Position numbers and translations under genes: made by a program. Shown here piece after piece: positions 9,864 to 18,401 of a stretch of DNA of 64,000 nucleotides; the stretch's first letter is position 1, and every line of letters starts with the position of its first letter. The DNA is from Pseudobdellovibrionaceae bacterium (GTDB taxonomy: Bacteria > Bdellovibrionota > Bdellovibrionia > Bdellovibrionales > Bdellovibrionaceae), in the NCBI GenBank assembly GCA_044359815.1, contig JBIKLL010000001.1:1-64000 (forward strand), in the 5' to 3' direction. The notes beneath the pieces are model-generated. The model did not search any database. It was not told the origin of the DNA and saw nothing but the letters and a program-made list of their open reading frames with translations.

Positions 9864-10673
9864 ATGATCAAAGCCTTTGGTATTCTGGGATTGCTGGTTT
9901 TAAGCTTTTTAATTTCAGGATGTGCCAATTGGGCGTTGAAAGAACGTTGTGAAAAAACAAATTGGTTTGAATATGCCAGAGACGTAGCCAATGGCGGCAA
10001 TTACCTAGAGGAAGATGCTTTTATAAAAGAATGTAAAGGCCTGGATCGAATAAATTCCCAACAAATCGATATCGGTTTTAAATTGGGCCGCGAAAAAATG
10101 TGCAGCTATGACGAAATTTATACACGAGGAAAATCAGGCACCCCAGTTTTTTTTAAATTTTGTGATGGCCTCCAACCTCAAATAATGAAATCAAAACACG
10201 AAGAAGGTCTCAGAATCTTTTGTCGCAAAGAAAACGGATACCCCGTTGGAAAATCAGGATCTATTTACCAAAACCTTTGCAAACCACAGGAAGACAAAAC
10301 CTTTGTTCCTGAATACCTTAGGGGCCGAAAAGACTATTTGACAGGTATGATCGCAAGCCTTGAAAGCAGAGTTGCACAATTAAGAGCAGATCAGAATACT
10401 ATGTTGATCAGAGAATCCGAAAACTCAGCCAATCTAAATAAAATCCCAGACCTTTTAGACTGCCAAAACAAATCCGTTTATGATGAATCCTCAAAAAAAG
10501 AAGTCAGCAAACTGGTTTGCCAAGAACCCTACTACATTAAAACTCAAAGGGGCGAATTGATTGATCAGCTCAATGAAATCAGGCAAAGTTTAAGGCAGAC
10601 CCAAATCAATCTAAATGCCACAGAGCTGCAGCTGTCCCACACTCAACAAGAACTTACCAAACTGCCACAGTAA
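9864..10673 (+). CDS. DUF2799-like lipoprotein with C-terminal coiled coil
   Basis: AGGAG RBS; lipobox ISGC; C...W...G Cys pattern. Confidence 0.7.
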   Translation: MIKAFGILGLLVLSFLISGCANWALKERCEKTNWFEYARDVANGGNYLEEDAFIKECKGLDRINSQQIDIGFKLGREKMCSYDEIYTRGKSGTPVFFKFCDGLQPQIMKSKHEEGLRIFCRKENGYPVGKSGSIYQNLCKPQEDKTFVPEYLRGRKDYLTGMIASLESRVAQLRADQNTMLIRESENSANLNKIPDLLDCQNKSVYDESSKKEVSKLVCQEPYYIKTQRGELIDQLNEIRQSLRQTQINLNATELQLSHTQQELTKLPQ

Positions 10674-10844
10674 AATTGGGGCAGAAGCTCTACCTGGTGC
10701 TGACTTGATGTTTGTGGGAACTTTCATTTAAATAAACTTAGATTTTTGGTTTCTTTTCCCAAAACCGCATTGACCTTGGAAATTATTAAGCGACGTGTTA
10801 GTTTGCCGACACAGAAGGTCACCCAGAGCTTCTGACAACCCCTA

Positions 10845-12512
10845 ATGAATGGCCTAAAAGTGAATGATTTCAACAGTCTAAATATAGATGCTCAGATACT
10901 AAAAGCAATTAACGAACTGGGTTACACAACTCCAAGCCCCATCCAAACCTTGGCAATCCCCGTTTTGTTGGGCGAACCCAATGACTTTATTGGGCTGGCA
11001 GCCACAGGTACCGGCAAAACGGCTGCATTTAGCATCCCCCTGTTGAACCAAATCCCCGATGACACTAAATCGGTCAGCGGATTAGTGCTTTGCCCCACAC
11101 GCGAATTGGCCCAGCAAGTTTCAAATCAAATCACATTATTAGGTAAATTTAAAAACATCAGCGCCCTTTGCATTTATGGCGGAGGCAGTTATTCGGATCA
11201 AATGCGCGGCTTAAAAATGGGCGCAAAAGTCGTCGTTGGAACTCCTGGCAGAATCATCGATCATATTAAAAGAGGCACATTAAAATTAGATCAATTGAAA
11301 ACCATCGTTTTAGATGAAGCCGACGAAATGGTTTCCATGGGATTTAAAGAAGAGCTTGAAGAAATTCTGGAAGCTTCAAAAGACTCCAGCAGAAACATCT
11401 GGTTGTTTTCGGCAACCATGAGCCCCGGAGTTCGCAAAATTGCAGATGGATTTTTAAAATCACCAGAATTTATTCAGGTAAATAAAAAAGAAGTCCTGTC
11501 TGAAAACATCACCCAGTTGTTTTATCCCGTTCGCGAATCCGACAAACCAGACATATTGTGCAAGGTTTTAGAAACCACAGATGATTTTTATGGATTAGTG
11601 TTTTGCCAAACCAAGGCCTTAGTTTCGGATTTAACTCAAACCTTGCAGTCACGCGGTTATAAGGTCGATTGCCTGCACGGTGACAAATCCCAGGGCGAAC
11701 GCGAACGCACGATGAAGGCCTTTAGAGACCGAAAAATCACAATCTTGGTTTGTACTGATGTGGCTTCGCGTGGAATTGACGTAAAAGATTTAACCCATGT
11801 CATAAATTACTCTGTCCCCCGCGAGCTTGATGTTTACATCCACCGTATTGGCAGAACTGCCAGAAGCGGAAAGTCTGGCACGGCCATAAGCTTAATCACA
11901 CCGGCACAGCGTGGGTTATTGGCCCGAATCGAATCCAGGACAAAAAGCAAAATCCCTGAAGGCAAAATCCCTTCTCGCAAAGAAGTGGGCATTAAAAAAA
12001 CCTCTAAAATCTTGGCCAAGTTTCAAAACCAGAAAAACCACCAATTGGCCATTGAACTATTGGATGACAGTTGGAAAGAATCCATTGCCAACATGACAAA
12101 CCAAGAAATCGTTGGCAGATTTTTAAATATGTTGGCACCTGACATATTTGAATTGCCACCTGAACGCCCCTTTCAACAAAGACCTTTTAACCGTGAACAT
12201 TCGGGCTCAGACAGACGTTTTGACAGACGACCAGACAGAAGATCTGGAAGCTTTGGCGAACGCAGGTACCGTGACAACTCTGAACGCTCAGACAGACGCC
12301 CATCAGGAGATCGCCCTGATCGTAGAAATGAATCTTCAGAAGGCCGCAGTGATTTCAGAAACCCACGCCGTGATGAATCGTCAGAAGGTCGCAGTGATTT
12401 CAAACGACCTCGCCGAGAAGACTCACCTAAAAGGGGTGGCGATTTCAGGGGCCCACGTCGTGATGATAACGAAAAATCAATCAGGGAACGACATTTTAGC
12501 CGACGCAAATAA
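10845..12512 (+). CDS. DEAD-box RNA helicase
   Basis: ATGTGKT, PTRELA, TPGR, DEAD, SAT and HRIGRTAR motifs; R/D-rich tail. Confidence 0.96.
   Translation: MNGLKVNDFNSLNIDAQILKAINELGYTTPSPIQTLAIPVLLGEPNDFIGLAATGTGKTAAFSIPLLNQIPDDTKSVSGLVLCPTRELAQQVSNQITLLGKFKNISALCIYGGGSYSDQMRGLKMGAKVVVGTPGRIIDHIKRGTLKLDQLKTIVLDEADEMVSMGFKEELEEILEASKDSSRNIWLFSATMSPGVRKIADGFLKSPEFIQVNKKEVLSENITQLFYPVRESDKPDILCKVLETTDDFYGLVFCQTKALVSDLTQTLQSRGYKVDCLHGDKSQGERERTMKAFRDRKITILVCTDVASRGIDVKDLTHVINYSVPRELDVYIHRIGRTARSGKSGTAISLITPAQRGLLARIESRTKSKIPEGKIPSRKEVGIKKTSKILAKFQNQKNHQLAIELLDDSWKESIANMTNQEIVGRFLNMLAPDIFELPPERPFQQRPFNREHSGSDRRFDRRPDRRSGSFGERRYRDNSERSDRRPSGDRPDRRNESSEGRSDFRNPRRDESSEGRSDFKRPRREDSPKRGGDFRGPRRDDNEKSIRERHFSRRK
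12330..12464 (+). repeat. intragenic 45-bp tandem repeat x3 (15 aa unit)
   Basis: Units at 12330, 12375 and 12420 encode ESSEGRSDFRNPRRD-like peptides. Confidence 0.85.
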
Positions 12513-12514
12513 GT

Positions 12515-13162
12515 ATGAGCAGCACTGTCATATTTAAAAACTCTGACATACTGGTTGTGGACAAACCCCCTGGGGTTTCAGTTCACAATAACGAAGATCC
12601 TGAAAATCTGATGGATGTTCTGCAAAAACAATTATCCTTAAACAAACTGTTTCCCGTTCACCGTCTGGACAAAGAAACCAGTGGGATTCAGATTTTTGCA
12701 ATCAACGCTGATGCTGCCAGCGTTTACAGTCAACTTTTTCAGCAAAACCAAGTTCAAAAAATTTATCAGGGCATCCTAAGGGGACAACTGAAACACTCAG
12801 AACCATGGAATCAGTCTTTGACTGATAAATCCGAAGGCCGGGTTAATCCGGCGGGAGTTTCTAAAAACAGAGTTCCCTGTCTGACTGAATTTAAGATTTT
12901 GCAAAAAAATAATTATTTTACGTTTTGTGAATTTGATTTGAAAACCGGCAGGCAGCATCAGATCAGAAAACACTCGGCCCTGTCCAATCATCCTATTGTT
13001 GGTGACAGCCGCTATGGGGATTCTAAATACAATAATAAAATTTTTGGAATCTATAATGTGAACAGAATGTTTTTACACTGCACTCAGATAACCATAAATA
13101 ATCAAACCTTTGAAAGCCCACTACCAGCAGAGTTTCATAATATTATCACTCAGATAAAATAG
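12515..13162 (+). CDS. RluA-family RNA pseudouridine synthase
   Basis: DKPPG, VHRLDKETSG, TGRQHQIR and IVGDSRYG motifs. Confidence 0.93.
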   Translation: MSSTVIFKNSDILVVDKPPGVSVHNNEDPENLMDVLQKQLSLNKLFPVHRLDKETSGIQIFAINADAASVYSQLFQQNQVQKIYQGILRGQLKHSEPWNQSLTDKSEGRVNPAGVSKNRVPCLTEFKILQKNNYFTFCEFDLKTGRQHQIRKHSALSNHPIVGDSRYGDSKYNNKIFGIYNVNRMFLHCTQITINNQTFESPLPAEFHNIITQIK

Positions 13163-13278
13163 TTTTTTTGGTCTGAGCAATTAATCCCATTATCGAGCTG
13201 ACATTTTCTCTGACGACGAGTGCTAACATGTAGACCCATGCGGGAAAAAAGACTTACTCTGTTATTGAGGATTTAAAT

Positions 13279-13938
13279 TTGCAAGACATTACACTGATCA
13301 GGTCGACAGTTAAATTACCACTTTTGAATTTGCCCGTTTGCTCACCTGTTGTGGATTTAAACGGTGTGAAAATTATTATTTCTCCTGGTTCCCAGGTCAG
13401 CGATCAAGACTATCAAAAGCTGGATGGAATTACGGACCTGATTGCCCCCAATTTGCTGCATTCTGCAGGGATTAAAAAAGCTCTGGATAAATTTCCCGTA
13501 GCTAATGTCTGGGGAGCTCCTGGGATTAAAAAACTAAAACCTCATATCAATTGGCATTCAGAAATCGACACTAAAAATTGGCCCTTTAGTTCTGAATTAC
13601 AAGCCTATATGATCGAGGGAGCACCGGCTTTAAATGAAATTGTTTTTTATCATAAAAAATCAAAGACCCTCATAGTAACTGATCTGTGTTTTAATATGAC
13701 CCAAATCACAGGTCTTGGTGCCCTTGTGCTATTAAACATTTTTGGCACCTACAGGCGATTTGCGATCAGCAGATTGATGCATATGTTTGTTAAAGATCAG
13801 CAAGCATTCGGAGATTCAATCAGATCACTAATGAATTTAGATTTTGAAAATCTGATCGTTGGCCATGGTGAGCCTGTATTAAAAAATGCAAAATCCAGAT
13901 TGGCTGAAGCTTTTTTGGAACGTGGCTTTAAGCTTTGA
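13279..13938 (+). CDS. DUF4336 / metallo-beta-lactamase-like protein
   Basis: IAPNLLH, EIVFYHKKSKTLIVTD and IVGHG motifs. Confidence 0.8.
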   Translation: MQDITLIRSTVKLPLLNLPVCSPVVDLNGVKIIISPGSQVSDQDYQKLDGITDLIAPNLLHSAGIKKALDKFPVANVWGAPGIKKLKPHINWHSEIDTKNWPFSSELQAYMIEGAPALNEIVFYHKKSKTLIVTDLCFNMTQITGLGALVLLNIFGTYRRFAISRLMHMFVKDQQAFGDSIRSLMNLDFENLIVGHGEPVLKNAKSRLAEAFLERGFKL

Positions 13939-14004
13939 AAACGTTTTATATCAAATGCTCAAAAACTGTGAAAGCGACTCCTCTTTTTAAAAACTCCAGT
14001 GCCA

Positions 14005-14036
14005 TTGAACTTTAAAATTATAATTTTAAAGTTCAA
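14005..14036. repeat. 32-bp perfect palindrome
   Basis: TTGAACTTTAAAATTA|TAATTTTAAAGTTCAA; imperfect pairing extends to about 13986-14055. Confidence 0.9.
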
Positions 14037-14059
14037 AAAAATTGGAGCTTTTAAACAAA

Positions 14060-14087
14060 AAGCTCGATTGGGTTTCCAATCGAGCTT
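14060..14087. terminator. hairpin terminator between convergent genes
   Basis: AAGCTCGATTGG-GTTT-CCAATCGAGCTT, followed by a T-run on the - strand. Confidence 0.7.
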
Positions 14088-14122
14088 CCGTAAGAAATGT
14101 TTTTTTGGTTAGAAATTAAAAA

Positions 14123-15268
14123 CTACAGGTGTTCAGGGATGCTGACGCTCAGTGCATGAAATTCTGCAGGCGATAACCAGCTGTCGTTGGCCAAAAAGTT
14201 TGCCGCAGAAACTTCAGGCGACAGAGCTTGGCAAGAATTGTTAAACAAAACCTGTGCAGATCCCCGTTGCATGCAATATGGGTTTTCCAGTGAACCTAAA
14301 TGCGTAGCCACTGCTGAAGGAGTTGAACTGATCGCAGCTGCTAATGAAGCACATAGATCAGCATACTGAGTGCAAAATCCATTCAATCCAAAGTTTTCAA
14401 TCAATGCAGTGGAAACTTCAGTGCGCTTCATCAAATACATGGCAGCTTTTGCAGCCACTCTGTTGGCAACAAAATCAGTATAAATCACTAAAGCCGTGTC
14501 ATCAGTCGCAACAGTGTCGCAGGTTCTGGTAACACCAAATGCTGCCGCTGTTCCATTGTAAAACATGGACTGACCGCTCCACAGATTACCCTGTTTTCCG
14601 ACGTGCAATCTGATTTTTTCTGGGTCTTCAGGTTTATTCACATTGCATTTTAAATCTGTGATTGTGATTTCGCTGCTCCAATTGTTTTTATCAGCATAAT
14701 TAACCTTGATGTCCATTTTACCACCACGGCTATCGGATTTGTCCTTTTCCAATAATCCAATATCAAACTGCAAGGCATAGCTTTCAGGCTTGGCAGAAAC
14801 CAAACCCACAGGCTTTGAGTCTTTGATAACCAAAAAATCAAACTCATCGTAGCTTTTTTTAATGTATTCAATGGTCAGATTTTCTTCGGCTATCGTCACA
14901 GTTCCTGAAGAATTATCAGCAGCACCTCTTAAATCATAGGCCACCTTATTTACGATCTGGTGAGTGAATGACACAGCACCCTTACCCAACTGCAAATAAG
15001 CCCTGATTAATCGTGGCTGGCATTCGATAAAATCAACGCCCTTGCAAATATCATCATCGCTAGTTTTTGATGCTACCACTGCTGTCCCCACACCGGCACC
15101 AGTGTCAGTGATTGATTCAGGAACATAGTCTTGCTCTACTGTTTTCAAGTTCACTGCCATTGTCGTCACAGCATCGTCCCCGCCTCCTTGTTGTTTTTTA
15201 CCACAACCAATCAGCATAGTTGCTATGGTCAATGACAGGACGGAAAGTTTTAAATTCTGATAGTTCAT
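14123..15268 (-). CDS. Cys-rich lipoprotein of unknown function
   Basis: Lipobox LIGC; GGAGG RBS; divergent from the ECF operon. Confidence 0.8.
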   Translation of the reverse strand: MNYQNLKLSVLSLTIATMLIGCGKKQQGGGDDAVTTMAVNLKTVEQDYVPESITDTGAGVGTAVVASKTSDDDICKGVDFIECQPRLIRAYLQLGKGAVSFTHQIVNKVAYDLRGAADNSSGTVTIAEENLTIEYIKKSYDEFDFLVIKDSKPVGLVSAKPESYALQFDIGLLEKDKSDSRGGKMDIKVNYADKNNWSSEITITDLKCNVNKPEDPEKIRLHVGKQGNLWSGQSMFYNGTAAAFGVTRTCDTVATDDTALVIYTDFVANRVAAKAAMYLMKRTEVSTALIENFGLNGFCTQYADLCASLAAAISSTPSAVATHLGSLENPYCMQRGSAQVLFNNSCQALSPEVSAANFLANDSWLSPAEFHALSVSIPEHL

Positions 15269-15335
15269 TTGAACCTCCTAAAGGTTTAAATTTCTAATGC
15301 AGTTAATGATTCAATTTCGTTTGCTTTCAAACACT

Positions 15336-15364
15336 GAACGGCTGGTCCAGTTCTTTAGTGCCAA
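15336..15364 (-). promoter_or_regulatory. putative ECF-sigma promoter for the lipoprotein gene
   Basis: On the - strand: TTGGCAC-N17-CGTTC. Confidence 0.6.
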
Positions 15365-15431
15365 ATATTTTTGAGCTTCTAAATACTGGATTTACCTTTG
15401 TAAAATCCGTCTCAGAATAAGACAGATTTTT

Positions 15432-15460
15432 TTGGCACAAATTGCGATTCCTGGACGTTC
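15432..15460 (+). promoter_or_regulatory. putative autoregulatory ECF-sigma promoter
   Basis: On the + strand: TTGGCAC-N17-CGTTC, same boxes and spacing as the divergent copy. Confidence 0.6.
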
Positions 15461-15578
15461 TACAGTTGAAAAAAACACGATAATCCCAGGGTAAGCTACC
15501 AGAAAAAGCTAAGCCAATGGAGGCTGCCTGAGTGATTTAAATATTGATCAACCGATCGATTGCAAAGACGAAAGGACC

Positions 15579-16061
15579 GTGCAAATGCTTTATCAAAAGC
15601 TTGGTAGACCTGCATTGCTAAAAACTGCCGCCATCACTGGAACCAGTGTGGCCGAAGAAATTTTGCAAGAAGTGTTCACTAAGCTTTGGGAAAAGCAAAT
15701 GACCTTTCCCAATCTGAAAGCCGCATTTGCCTGGGTTTATCAATGTTGTACCAATGCAGCCATTGACCACATCCGAAATCACAATAACAAACACAGCTCA
15801 TTGGATTCTATCAGTGATTCTGAATCTGTGGGCATTGCAAACGAAACTGAAAACAAAACAGCGGCCAACCGTTCATGGCATCAATTGCTAAAAAAACTAA
15901 CAGATCAAGAGGCGCAATTGTTTGTGTATCGAAATCTTGAAGGCCTGAGCCAAGACGAAGCTTCAGAAGTCATGCAAATTTCCAGAAGGACTGTGAATCG
16001 ACTGCAAGAAAAACTGGAAGCCAAGCTTGAAAAATTCCGAGGACACAAGCATGTCGGATAA
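15579..16061 (+). CDS. ECF RNA polymerase sigma factor
   Basis: Region 2 AEEILQEVFTKLW...AWVY...NAAID and region 4 EGLSQDEASEVMQISRRTV. May start at CTG 15528. Confidence 0.88.
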   Translation: MQMLYQKLGRPALLKTAAITGTSVAEEILQEVFTKLWEKQMTFPNLKAAFAWVYQCCTNAAIDHIRNHNNKHSSLDSISDSESVGIANETENKTAANRSWHQLLKKLTDQEAQLFVYRNLEGLSQDEASEVMQISRRTVNRLQEKLEAKLEKFRGHKHVG

Positions 16062-16719
16062 ATCATTATTTTCAAAACAATGGAAATTGATTAGCTCCGA
16101 CCCGTCTGAGCTAAACCCCTCTGAACTCAAAGAACTGTCTCAGATAAATCAAGTCAGACTAAAACCATTGCAATTAAAAACCCCTTGGTACATTCAGTTT
16201 AAAAAACAAATCCAGATGGGCTTGACCGTGGCTGTGTCATGCAGTTTTGCTTTGTGGCTATTTACAAACAACCAAGAACATTTGACCGCGAAAGGTTCTG
16301 TTATGGTCAACGTGATTTGGGAACGACAGGGCAAGGTTCAACCCATTGGTTCTGAATCTGCATTGCAAGACGGAGACAAAGTTGGCGCCAGTGTTGTTGC
16401 TAGCCAGGATTCTTTTGCCTACTGGGTCATCACTGATAACCAAAATAAAGTCATCAGCGATTTAGGGGATATCGAATCCAGTAAAATAACTTTGCAAGCC
16501 GGTGTTAGTAAATCATTTGAATCCAGCTTCACACTGACAGCCCCCAATCAGGGCGAAAATTTAATTGTGGTTATCTGTCCTCAGGAAAAAATGCTTCAGC
16601 CCAAACAAGCTATGGATACAGTCTTTAACCAACAGTTTTTTGTGCAATTAATGTCTGAACAAAAAATCAACTCCAGCTCTTGTATTTTTGCTGGATACAG
16701 ATTGCGGAGCCTCAAATGA
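16051..16719 (+). CDS. putative anti-sigma: single-TM protein with extracytoplasmic domain (DUF4384-like)
   Basis: Overlaps the ECF stop; one TM segment (MGLTVAVSCSFALWLF), then TAKG...LQDGDKV. Confidence 0.6.
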   Translation: MSDKSLFSKQWKLISSDPSELNPSELKELSQINQVRLKPLQLKTPWYIQFKKQIQMGLTVAVSCSFALWLFTNNQEHLTAKGSVMVNVIWERQGKVQPIGSESALQDGDKVGASVVASQDSFAYWVITDNQNKVISDLGDIESSKITLQAGVSKSFESSFTLTAPNQGENLIVVICPQEKMLQPKQAMDTVFNQQFFVQLMSEQKINSSSCIFAGYRLRSLK

Positions 16720-18266
16720 AGTCAATTTTTCTGACCCCGCTATGGCTGATTTTAATATTTTTTAGTTTTACAGCATTAGGCCAAAGCAAAAATCCTAAGG
16801 CCATTTCGCAAAACTCAGCTGGCGGAGTATCAGACTTTCAAGTTCTTCTGGTTAGCGCCGATGATAGCTTTAAAGCCTCTGAAAAAAGCCTTGAGTTTGC
16901 ATCAATGGACGCTAACAGGTTGGCCAGGGCACTGACTCAGGTGTCTAAGGTTCCTGAAAGCAAAATCATCAATCTTAAAAATCCAACCCTGCAAGAATTT
17001 GATACTGTGCTGAGCGAGCTCTCAAAAACTTCAGCACAAAAATTTATGTTTTATTATTCAGGACACTCTGATGAAAACGGCCTGAATTTAAAAGACGGAC
17101 TTATCAATAAAGCAAAATTCCACGATCTGCTGGCTAAAATAACTTCAAAGGTCAAAATCGTGGTGTTGGACAGTTGCTTTTCGGGATCATTAAAAACCAA
17201 AGGTGTTACAAAATCAAAACCCATTGAACTGGTACAATACAACGTGGATGAACCTACTGGCAGTGTGATCTTGACCTCAAGCTCTGGCAAAGAACTTTCC
17301 TATGAAAGCGATAAACTAAAAGGCAGCATATTTACCTACCATCTGGTTTCAGGGCTGTACGGCCAAGCCGATAGCAACACTGATGGTTTAGTGACCATCG
17401 ACGAATTGTATCAGTACGTTTACGCTCAGACTAAATTTCAAAGCATGGTTTCAGGAGGCAAAGTCCAATCCCCCGAATTTGAATCAAAACTGACAGGTCA
17501 GGGTGCTTTGGTAGTGTCCTATCCCGCAAAAATCAATGGTCAGGTTGCATTGGCAGCCCCTGTTCAAGGTGAACTGACTTTGACGGCTGCGAAAGGCATA
17601 AACTTTTTTAAATTTTATAAAAACAAAGGTGAGGATCGCACGGTAAGCGTCCCCAAGGGCGTGTATGAAGTCACAGTGACTGAAGCTGACCGAGTGGGCA
17701 CTGGAACAATCACCGTCAACGAAAATCAAACCCAGCAATTAAATACCGAAAATCTGGTATGGGACAAACGCAATCTGCCACCCGTAAGGGCCAAGGGTCT
17801 GCAAAATAAATTCTTAGTTGGAGTTGCTGTGGCGATTCACCCATCATTTTATGAAAATGAAGAAGGATCCACCATGGGCGAACTGTTTTTAATGTCCCCG
17901 GCCAGCGAGGCCCTCAAAGGCATGTGGCGACTGACGGTTCACATTGGTGGCGAAACTCACAAGGTCAAAAACACAGATGCTAAATCAGAATACAACCGCA
18001 TGAGCATAGGTGGCGAGGGCAGTTACAACGGTTATAATAAATGGAACAACGAATGGTTGATTGGACTTAGGATTGGAACTTTCACTGCAAACAATGACAC
18101 TGTTAATCCCAGTAGCTCTTCATTGACTCACGCTTATATAGGCACCAGATTTTATCCCCGAGAATCCAGTATCAATATGGATTTTTTGTTAGGTGTCGAC
18201 ACAATCAGAAGCGGCAGTTTGCCTAGCAAAAGTGTTAATACATTTGGTGTAGCCCTGAACTATTGA
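16716..18266 (+). CDS. exported caspase-family (peptidase C14) protein with probable C-terminal beta-barrel
   Basis: Signal peptide; FYYSGHS and VLDSCFSG His-Cys dyad; SYESDKLKGSIFT; C-terminal amphipathic strands ending FGVALNY. Confidence 0.88.
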   Translation: MKSIFLTPLWLILIFFSFTALGQSKNPKAISQNSAGGVSDFQVLLVSADDSFKASEKSLEFASMDANRLARALTQVSKVPESKIINLKNPTLQEFDTVLSELSKTSAQKFMFYYSGHSDENGLNLKDGLINKAKFHDLLAKITSKVKIVVLDSCFSGSLKTKGVTKSKPIELVQYNVDEPTGSVILTSSSGKELSYESDKLKGSIFTYHLVSGLYGQADSNTDGLVTIDELYQYVYAQTKFQSMVSGGKVQSPEFESKLTGQGALVVSYPAKINGQVALAAPVQGELTLTAAKGINFFKFYKNKGEDRTVSVPKGVYEVTVTEADRVGTGTITVNENQTQQLNTENLVWDKRNLPPVRAKGLQNKFLVGVAVAIHPSFYENEEGSTMGELFLMSPASEALKGMWRLTVHIGGETHKVKNTDAKSEYNRMSIGGEGSYNGYNKWNNEWLIGLRIGTFTANNDTVNPSSSSLTHAYIGTRFYPRESSINMDFLLGVDTIRSGSLPSKSVNTFGVALNY

Positions 18267-18401
18267 TTTTTAATGACAGAATCAGATTGGTGTCTTTAAG
18301 TTCGTCGGTCTTATTTTGATACAACTGAAATTTTTGAAACTTAATAGCCATCTTCCTATGTTAAGATTTTACTATAGGTTAATGTTCTTTAGGGGATAGA
18401 C

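Noticed and set aside
15433..15445. Sigma-54 promoter TGGCAC...TTGC
   Set aside because: Spacing is 3 nt (TGGCAC-AAA-TTGC) rather than the spacing sigma-54 requires; the ECF-type reading fits both divergent copies.
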